Origin: Candidatus Moraniibacteriota bacterium
Lineage (GTDB): Bacteria; Patescibacteriota; Minisyncoccia; Moranbacterales; UBA2206
Direction: 5' to 3'
Length of the DNA stretch: 64,000 nt
Assembly: GCA_003483065.1 (NCBI GenBank)
Contig: DMWY01000018.1
Span: 8,160-72,159 of the forward strand
In this document: positions 57,273-64,000 of the stretch, in pieces
How positions within the stretch are numbered: position 1 is the first letter of the stretch
Layout: the number at the start of each line of letters is the position of its first letter
Program-made: the position numbers and the translations under genes
The notes under the pieces: generated by a model
Seen by the model: the letters and a program-made list of their open reading frames with translations, nothing else
Told to the model about the DNA's origin: nothing
Database searches by the model: none

Positions 57273-58670
57273 CTATTTTATCATCCTAACCACCTCCCTA
57301 AATTTATCCCCTCGATCAAATTCATTAGTGAAAAGTCCAAAGCTGGCCGAGCCAGGAGAGAGAAGAATTATATCTCCTTTCTCTGCTAATGCCATTGCTA
57401 ATTCCACTGCCTTTTCCATCGACTCCGCTACTTTTAAATTTTCCAAATCTAAACAATTATCTGTTTTTTTCATTTCTGTAATTATTTCATCTGTCGATTG
57501 TCCTTTTAGAAAAACTACACCCTTCACTTTTTTGCAAATAGTTTTCGCAAATTCTGCCATATTCAAATTCTTGTTCGATCCGCCACAAATCAAAATAATT
57601 GGCTCCAAAAAAGAATTCAAAGCAGAAATTCCTGCTTCTGGCGTAGTTGCCGCCGTATCATTTATATATTTAACCCCTCCTATTTCTCTCACAAATTCCA
57701 ACCTATGCGCTACACCAGAAAATTCTATGATAGCTTTTTTGATTATCTCTATTTTTATTCCCATTGAAACAGCTACCGCTATGGCCGCCATAATATTCGC
57801 CCTGTTATGCTTTCCAATTAATTTTATTTCTTCCAAATCAATAATCTTTTTTTCATCAATTCCATTGTTGAAAAAAATACTTTCATTTTCAATATATACT
57901 CCATCCCCCTCTAAAATTTTATCTTTTGAAAATTTGATCAGGTGACTTTTTATCTCCACTTCAAAATTTTTCATATCCTCATTATCACCATTTATCACAC
58001 AGGTATCTTCTTTATTTTGAAACAAAAATATATTCTTCTTGTCTGCGATATAATCCTCCATTGATTTATAATAATTCAAATGATCTGGATAAATATTGGT
58101 AAAAACTGAAATTTTTGGGCTAATTTTAGCTCTTCTAAGAGCTGACAGGCGCCAGCTAGAAAGCTCAAAAATAACAATAGTGTCATCCTTTAATTCTTTT
58201 AATTTATCCAGAACTGAAGTTTGACCAATTCCAACTTTAATCGGATTTTTTCCAGCTACTCTCAGAATTTCATAAATCAAACTAGCTGTGGTAGTTTTCC
58301 CTTTCGTACCAGTCACTCCCACAATTTGATTTTTGCAAAGCTTAAAGAATAAACTAGAATCAACCTCCACTGGAATTTTATTTTCGAGAGCTAATTTAAT
58401 TTGTTTATTATCCCAAGGCACTGGCGGAGTTTTAATTATCATATCAGCGCTAACAAAATCTTCCGGTCGATGTTGTTGAAAAACATAAGAAATATTTTTC
58501 AAATCTTTTAATTTCTCAAGCGAAGAGGCTAATTCTTCTTTAGATTTTAAATCTGTTACTGTAATTTTCGCTCCTGCCTCAGATAAAAAACGAACGGTTC
58601 CCACACCGCCCCCATGAAGCCCTAGCCCCATAACTGTAATTTTTTTATTTTTTAAATCAGTAATTTGCAT
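57273..58670 (-). CDS. murD: UDP-N-acetylmuramoyl-L-alanine--D-glutamate ligase
   Basis: GLG..G.G, GVTGTKGKTTT, ELSS, PDHL, HRLE, SPG.ASF..F....RG. Confidence 0.95.
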   Translation of the reverse strand: MQITDLKNKKITVMGLGLHGGGVGTVRFLSEAGAKITVTDLKSKEELASSLEKLKDLKNISYVFQQHRPEDFVSADMIIKTPPVPWDNKQIKLALENKIPVEVDSSLFFKLCKNQIVGVTGTKGKTTTASLIYEILRVAGKNPIKVGIGQTSVLDKLKELKDDTIVIFELSSWRLSALRRAKISPKISVFTNIYPDHLNYYKSMEDYIADKKNIFLFQNKEDTCVINGDNEDMKNFEVEIKSHLIKFSKDKILEGDGVYIENESIFFNNGIDEKKIIDLEEIKLIGKHNRANIMAAIAVAVSMGIKIEIIKKAIIEFSGVAHRLEFVREIGGVKYINDTAATTPEAGISALNSFLEPIILICGGSNKNLNMAEFAKTICKKVKGVVFLKGQSTDEIITEMKKTDNCLDLENLKVAESMEKAVELAMALAEKGDIILLSPGSASFGLFTNEFDRGDKFREVVRMIK

Positions 58671-58675
58671 AAAAA

Positions 58676-60247
58676 CTATCTTTTTATAACGCGCCCATTC
58701 CTCATTCCCGCATATTTCCCTTCTTGAATAACCATTCTACCATTTACAAAAGAATAATCAACTCCTCGTGAATATTGATAGGGTCGGTCTTTCTCAGAAG
58801 GGCTAGAAATCTTGTCTCGGTCTAGCACTAAAACATCGGCAAAAAATCCTTTTGCCAATTTCCCTCTCTTGGCAACTCCGAATTTTTCCGCAGGATATGA
58901 TGTCATTTTTCGAATTGCTTCCTCCATGGTGATTATTTTTTCTTGCAAAACATATTTTTCCAAAACTTTGATGAAAGTTCCAAAAGATCTCGGGTGAACT
59001 AGCTCTCCAGTTTTCGCGTGATTCAAGCTATAGCCTGCCCCATTGGACGCAATCATTGAAAGTGGGTGAATGATTGCTTGTCTAATATTATCTTCGCTTA
59101 AAACTTCCATTGAAGTTATCACTCGCCCTTCTGAAGCAATCAAAATATCGACAATCGCTTCTTCTACTGTTTTGTTTTGCGAAATTGCAATATCTGTTAT
59201 TTTTCGACGCGTCAAAGTTTTGTCTAGAGAGCTGGTGGCAATTTCAATTTTCTTATATTCAAAACCGGATTTTTTCATCTCAGCTATAACTTTTGTTCGA
59301 ATGATTGGGTCTTTCAATCGATGAATCATTATCTTCCTCCCGCCTTCTGCTACCCAAGAGGGAAGCATGGCATAGAGCACTGAACCAGTATTGGTGTAGG
59401 GATAAACATCGAAAGAAATATCTATCCCCGCCTCTTTGGCGCGGGATATATGCGCCAGTGCTTCTTCCATTTTTCCCCAATTTTTTTTGCCCATCACTTT
59501 GAGATGAGCAATATGTAATTTCATTTTGACTTCTTGCCCAATTTTTATCGCCTCTTCAATTGATTCAACAACCCCCTGGGCTTCATCGCGAATATGTGTC
59601 ACATAAACTCCGCCGTATTTTTTGACAATATTAGCCAAATCTTTGAGTTCTTCCCCAGAAGCCAAACGAGCATGAGTATAAATAAGACCAGTTGAAAGTC
59701 CAAGCGCTCCCGCCTTCATTGAATCTTGAAACATTTTTTCAATAAATTTCAATTCTTTGGAATTTGGCGAACGCAATTCATCCTTCAAAATTCCCCGACG
59801 CAAATTTTCATGCCCTACCAGTGTTGCAAAATTAACTGAGAGTTTTTTCAGCTCTAATACTTTTAGAAATTCCTTGAGTGTGAGCCAATTAAAACTAATA
59901 TTTTTGAGATCTATCCATTTTTGAATTGACTCCATTGCAAGAGGCGTAGCCAATGGTGCCAAAGATGATCCACAAGCTCCACCAACAATTGTGGTGATGC
60001 CTTGATAGGCCAAACTTTCCAAATTAGGATTCAAAAATATCTGCCAATGGGTGTCAGAATGATTGTTAATATCCACAAACCCCGGACAAACAATTTTTCC
60101 GCTCGCATTGATTTCAATTTCTCCTTTTTCATTGTGCAACTCCCCAATTTTTACAATTTTATCCTCTTTAATCGCCACATCCGCCAAGAAAGGCACACTC
60201 CCCGTGCCATCAATCACATGACCATTTTTAATTAGAATATCGTACAT
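58676..60247 (-). CDS. N-acyl-D-amino-acid deacylase family amidohydrolase
   Basis: PGFVD.N.HSD, QGITT, GLSTGL.Y, H.RDE, HPR..GTF; first metal-ligand His replaced by Asn. Confidence 0.88.
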   Translation of the reverse strand: MYDILIKNGHVIDGTGSVPFLADVAIKEDKIVKIGELHNEKGEIEINASGKIVCPGFVDINNHSDTHWQIFLNPNLESLAYQGITTIVGGACGSSLAPLATPLAMESIQKWIDLKNISFNWLTLKEFLKVLELKKLSVNFATLVGHENLRRGILKDELRSPNSKELKFIEKMFQDSMKAGALGLSTGLIYTHARLASGEELKDLANIVKKYGGVYVTHIRDEAQGVVESIEEAIKIGQEVKMKLHIAHLKVMGKKNWGKMEEALAHISRAKEAGIDISFDVYPYTNTGSVLYAMLPSWVAEGGRKIMIHRLKDPIIRTKVIAEMKKSGFEYKKIEIATSSLDKTLTRRKITDIAISQNKTVEEAIVDILIASEGRVITSMEVLSEDNIRQAIIHPLSMIASNGAGYSLNHAKTGELVHPRSFGTFIKVLEKYVLQEKIITMEEAIRKMTSYPAEKFGVAKRGKLAKGFFADVLVLDRDKISSPSEKDRPYQYSRGVDYSFVNGRMVIQEGKYAGMRNGRVIKR

Positions 60248-60256
60248 AAGTTTTAT

Positions 60257-61249
60257 TTATTTACAAATAAACTCTGCCATCTCAACCAGTCGATTGGAAT
60301 ATCCCCATTCGTTATCATACCAACCCACCACTTTCACAAGGTTTCCATTAGCCATCGTGAGAGGCAAATCCACAATAGCGCTACTTGCATTACCTTTAAA
60401 ATCCATTGAAACTAATTCTCCTTCACTCACTGCCAAAATATTTTTTAGTCCATTTTTCACAGCTTCCCTGAAAGCATTATTTATTTCTTCCACAGATGTT
60501 TCTGTTTTGACATTACAAATAAAATCAACAATGGAAACAGTTGGTGTTGGCACGCGTAGCGATATGCCATCCAATTTTCCTGCTAGATGCGTCATGACCT
60601 TCCCTACAGTTTTCGCTGCGCCCGTAGTAGTCGGGATAATGTTAAGTGCGGCTGCTCGCGCTCGACGCAAATCATCATGAGGCAAATCTTGCAAGCGCTG
60701 ATCATTAGTATATGAATGAGTGGTTGTCATAAAACCTTTTTCCACGCCAAAATTTTCATCCAAGACTTTTATCATCGGTGCCAAACAATTTGTAGTGCAA
60801 GAACCATTGGAAATAATGGTTTCATTTTTGTATTCATTTTCATTTACTCCCAAAAGATAAACTGGGGTGTCATCTTTGGCCGGCGCTGAAAGGATAACTT
60901 TTTTTGCGCCCGCGTCAATGTGTTTTTGGGCTTTTTCTTTGTTGTTAAAAACTCCGCTACATTCCAAAACCACATCCACTCCCAAATCTCCCCACGGCAA
61001 ATTCGCTGGATCCTTTTCCATGAAATATTTTATCCTCGTTCCGGAGACTATTAATTCTGAATTTTCTTCATCCACCACCACTTCTTTGCCATAAGTGCCA
61101 TAACTTGAATCATATTTCAAAAGATGCGCCGCAGTTTTGATATCCGTCAGATCATTTATCGCCACAATCTCCACATCATCTTTTTTGAAAGCGATTTTGA
61201 AACTTGGTCGACCAATTCGACCGAAACCGTTGATAGCTATCTTAATCAT
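60257..61249 (-). CDS. gap: Glyceraldehyde-3-phosphate dehydrogenase type I
   Basis: INGFGRIGR, SCTTNC, WYDNEWGYS. Confidence 0.98.
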   Translation of the reverse strand: MIKIAINGFGRIGRPSFKIAFKKDDVEIVAINDLTDIKTAAHLLKYDSSYGTYGKEVVVDEENSELIVSGTRIKYFMEKDPANLPWGDLGVDVVLECSGVFNNKEKAQKHIDAGAKKVILSAPAKDDTPVYLLGVNENEYKNETIISNGSCTTNCLAPMIKVLDENFGVEKGFMTTTHSYTNDQRLQDLPHDDLRRARAAALNIIPTTTGAAKTVGKVMTHLAGKLDGISLRVPTPTVSIVDFICNVKTETSVEEINNAFREAVKNGLKNILAVSEGELVSMDFKGNASSAIVDLPLTMANGNLVKVVGWYDNEWGYSNRLVEMAEFICK

Positions 61250-61252
61250 AAT

Positions 61253-61364
61253 TTTTGAATTTTTGAATTTTGTAATTTTTAAATAATTTCTAATGTTTTA
61301 ATGTTTAAAAATTAAGAAATTAAGATTTATTTACAAAATTAAGAATTATAAAATTTAAAAATTT
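61253..61364 (+). repeat. AT-rich 7/8-mer-periodic palindromic element, copy 2
   Basis: Near-identical core to 22462-22562, same chromosomal orientation. Confidence 0.8.
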
Positions 61365-61374
61365 TCTGCTTTAA

Positions 61375-61647
61375 TTATACCTCTATATTAGTTATTCTCC
61401 AATTTTCTCCCGCAATTTTTTTGATGTTGAATTTCACACCTTTAAATTCAGTGTTTTTTGCGATGCTTTCGAGTCCAAATTGCAAATTTTCCAAGGAGAT
61501 ATCTTCGGTATGCTCAGGAAATCCGTCGTGCGACAATGCGATTGTTCCAATCTCCACATTCACACTGCGAATATTCCCAAGTTTTTTTTCTTGAGTTATT
61601 ATTTTTAGCTCGTCAATTATTTCTTTGGCAAGTAAAAAGTCATGCAT
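61375..61647 (-). CDS. hypA: HypA-like nickel metallochaperone, short form lacking the zinc finger
   Basis: MH[D]..LA..I, V.V.IG, L.F, I..IEV; next to hydrogenase genes. Confidence 0.75.
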   Translation of the reverse strand: MHDFLLAKEIIDELKIITQEKKLGNIRSVNVEIGTIALSHDGFPEHTEDISLENLQFGLESIAKNTEFKGVKFNIKKIAGENWRITNIEV

Positions 61648-61812
61648 GCGAATTTTGTCTTTGAGCGATAGCGAAAAGCTACAAAATTGAGCACCCCGCA
61701 GAAATTCGCTCTTGAAATATAAATTATTTAAAAACTAAGCCGTAGGCGTCTACGCACACAAATCCATACGTTACACTAATTTTTATTGGAATTTTGTGCG
61801 GGGTAATCACAC
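61648..61812. repeat. Structured repeat upstream of hypA (copy 1)
   Basis: gagcaccccgcagaaattcgct...aaactaagccgtaggcg...ttggaattttgtgcgggg. Confidence 0.8.
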
Positions 61813-61822
61813 TAAAAACTAT

Positions 61823-62200
61823 TTATTCTTTCCACAACCCATGCACATTACAATAGGCTCTTGCTTCAATATGCTCGGCTTCCAAACAAAATTCCGCTGA
61901 TGGTTCTTGTCCTGGTTCCAAATGCTTCCTATAGACTCGATGTTCTGTGATTACTTCAATCCATTCGATATAATGCTCGGATGTCATTGGATGTGGAATT
62001 TTTCCCACACTCACAATCACTCCAATGGCTGTTCTTTCGATTACCGGCACGTGTTTTTCCATGCCTTCATCTTGAGTTTTTTCTTGCTTGAGCTCCATCG
62101 GTTGTCCACAACAAACCAACTCACCTACTCCAGTGTGAACCATTTCCACAATGTTCCCGCAAACATTGCATTTATAAATTTGATTTAACTCGGTTGCCAT
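61823..62200 (-). CDS. dfx: Desulfoferrodoxin (2Fe superoxide reductase)
   Basis: YKC..CGN, CCG.PM, EKHVP, HPM...H.IEWI, CNVHGLW. Confidence 0.96.
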   Translation of the reverse strand: MATELNQIYKCNVCGNIVEMVHTGVGELVCCGQPMELKQEKTQDEGMEKHVPVIERTAIGVIVSVGKIPHPMTSEHYIEWIEVITEHRVYRKHLEPGQEPSAEFCLEAEHIEARAYCNVHGLWKE

Positions 62201-62358
62201 TTTTGTCTGCGAAGTATGAGCAAGGAACGTTTAGGAGCATCCCTGCACTAATTCGCTATAAATAATTATGTTAATTATAAACTAAGCCGAAGGCGACCAC
62301 GCGCACAAAACCAAATACTAAATTAAATTTTAATTGGAATTAGTGCGGGACACCACAA
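62201..62358. repeat. Structured repeat upstream of dfx (copy 2)
   Basis: gagcatccctgcactaattcgct...aaactaagccgaaggcg...ttggaattagtgcggga. Confidence 0.8.
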
Positions 62359-62360
62359 TC

Positions 62361-63620
62361 TCAATGCACTGCACAACTTATACAAGGATCATAGGCTCGA
62401 ATAAAAGCCCGCAATTTTCGTTCGCGTGCCTTGCCTTTTAATTTTATGATTCCTGGAATATACCCAGCAATATCTTCTTCTAAATTAGACAAAACTTGCG
62501 CCGTCGGTGTAATTATGTTCACATTTCTAATATACCCCTTAGCATCAATTTCTGTGTGATAATAGAGAGTGCCTCTTGGAGCTTCCACGGCCGCTGCCCC
62601 CGAGCCCTCTCTAATTTCATACGGCCTCGTGAGAACTTTTTCCAAATCTGAATTTAAAATTTGTTTGATAAGATGCGAGGATTCTTCGATGGCATGAATT
62701 ACTTCCACCATTTGACATAGGATATTGTTGAAAGGATTATAATTAGGAAATTTCAATTCTAAACTACCAAGATATTTATGCGCCTCTGGTCGCAATTTTT
62801 TTCGGTTCAAGTTGATTCTAGCAATTGCTCCTACCATATAACTTTTTCCGTCATGTTCCACTCTTTTTATAATCTCTCTTTGTTTTTGCAATTCGTGAAA
62901 ATTATTCTCAAAACTACCCACGGGAATGTTGAGTCCCTGATTGGAAATAATATCTCCGTCATAAACTGCATACTTAGCCGGCGCTGACAAGCAAACGTAT
63001 TCTGTTTCTCGAGAAAATTCCGGCAGTTTTATTTTTCTGAAAAAATTTCCTAGCATAGACGCATCTTGCAAAATTTCACTAGAAGAAAAAACTAATTTTC
63101 TGAATTCTTCGCTATCCGGTATTCTTTTGAATCCGCCGACTTCATTGGTAAGTGGATGAATTACTCGTCCGCCAATCACTCTCACAATCTCCATTCCATA
63201 TTCGCGAATTCGCATGGCTATTTTTGTCTCCTTGGGATATTTTTCCACTAATTTTAAATCATTATCCATATCCAAAAAATCCGCTAGCGACAAAAAGAAA
63301 AGGTGCAGTGCATGCGAATGGATAATTTGTCCCAGCTCCATAATTTCACGAAGTTTTTTTGTTTCTTCACTCACGATTATTCCAAAAGCATTTTCAATAG
63401 ATTTTATAGCCGTTATATTATGTACTACCGGACAAATTCCACAAATTCTTTGTGCCACTACGGGCATATCGCTAAAGTGTCGACCAATCAAAACACCTTC
63501 GATAAGACGAATTCCTTCTTGAATTTCTAATTTAGAAGACTTAACATCCCCCTGAAGAACACTCGCCATAAATCCGGCGTGTCCTTCCATTTTTGCAATG
63601 TGATTAATTTTAATTTGCAT
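62361..63620 (-). CDS. [NiFe]-hydrogenase large subunit, group 3b-like
   Basis: EGH, RICGICPVVH (L1), EAPRG.L.H, RAYDPCISCAVH* (L2). Confidence 0.95.
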   Translation of the reverse strand: MQIKINHIAKMEGHAGFMASVLQGDVKSSKLEIQEGIRLIEGVLIGRHFSDMPVVAQRICGICPVVHNITAIKSIENAFGIIVSEETKKLREIMELGQIIHSHALHLFFLSLADFLDMDNDLKLVEKYPKETKIAMRIREYGMEIVRVIGGRVIHPLTNEVGGFKRIPDSEEFRKLVFSSSEILQDASMLGNFFRKIKLPEFSRETEYVCLSAPAKYAVYDGDIISNQGLNIPVGSFENNFHELQKQREIIKRVEHDGKSYMVGAIARINLNRKKLRPEAHKYLGSLELKFPNYNPFNNILCQMVEVIHAIEESSHLIKQILNSDLEKVLTRPYEIREGSGAAAVEAPRGTLYYHTEIDAKGYIRNVNIITPTAQVLSNLEEDIAGYIPGIIKLKGKARERKLRAFIRAYDPCISCAVH

Positions 63621-63636
63621 ACATTTATAAGTATTA

Positions 63637-63999
63637 TTATATCATCTTAACGCTCTTCTCTTCGATATCATCTCTGAGTCCATAAATTTCTGTTGCATTT
63701 TCAAATTCTTCTTCTGTCATCATGGTTTTTAGTGTAGCGCGCATCGCTGAAACATTCCCATTCGGACGAAGCCCCCGACAGCCTTGGCACATCATGCGCG
63801 AGCTTGGACAAACTGCATTGCAACCACCCAAAATCATTGGACCAAAGCATGGTTTTTTGTCGAGAAGAAGACAACGATTGCCCGCTTTTTTGCATTCCAC
63901 ACAAACTGGCTGATCGGGAATAACTGGAATATTATTTTTCAATAATTCCGGCATATATTTCAAAAATTCCTGTGCGGATATTGGACAGCCAGGAAAAAC
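63637..63999 (-). CDS. [NiFe]-hydrogenase small (delta) subunit; 3' part only, truncated by window edge
   Basis: PGCP, VCVEC, CLL, CFGP...GC.A.CP...CQGCRG. Confidence 0.9.
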   Translation of the reverse strand, partial: VFPGCPISAQEFLKYMPELLKNNIPVIPDQPVCVECKKAGNRCLLLDKKPCFGPMILGGCNAVCPSSRMMCQGCRGLRPNGNVSAMRATLKTMMTEEEFENATEIYGLRDDIEEKSVKMI

Positions 64000-64000
64000 A

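Noticed and set aside
57148-57945. 265-aa + strand ORF and other long antisense ORFs (e.g. 17198..17776, 24427..24912)
   Set aside because: Shadow frames opposite murD/tRNA-Ala, argS and dnaE

Overview
AT-rich chromosomal window whose gene content suggests a Patescibacteria/CPR (Parcubacteria-like) bacterium; this taxonomy is an inference. It holds about 58 CDS: tgt, recO, ileS, argS, rnhB, dnaE, HU, an RND pump, thrS, miaB, lysC-asd, ribH-ribE-riboflavin kinase, miaA, gatB, a 10-gene nucleotide cluster around a divergent thyA, secE-nusG-rplK-rplA, murI, murD, gap, and a group-3b-like NiFe hydrogenase with hypA and desulfoferrodoxin. It also holds tRNA-Ala and tRNA-Ile, two short-stem T-boxes (Ile, Thr) and an L1 leader. 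No CRISPR array, rRNA or transposase was seen. Most notable: (1) a ~480-nt minus-strand transcription unit at 26123-26646 with promoter, terminator, many helices and no credible ORF, which fits no tmRNA, RNase P, SRP or 6S hallmark and is a candidate novel large ncRNA; (2) several families of small palindromic and 7-9-mer-periodic elements that fill intergenic gaps, nest inside one another, are translated in-frame inside essential proteins (IleRS, ArgRS, ThrRS, DnaE, RnhB, MiaA, MiaB, RibH), and mostly share one chromosomal orientation with tandem G.A mismatches on the + strand; (3) two cases of 3'-end duplication or replacement of housekeeping genes (rnhB with a Fic cassette; gatB with a REP-like hairpin). 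All structure calls were made by eye and need computational confirmation.
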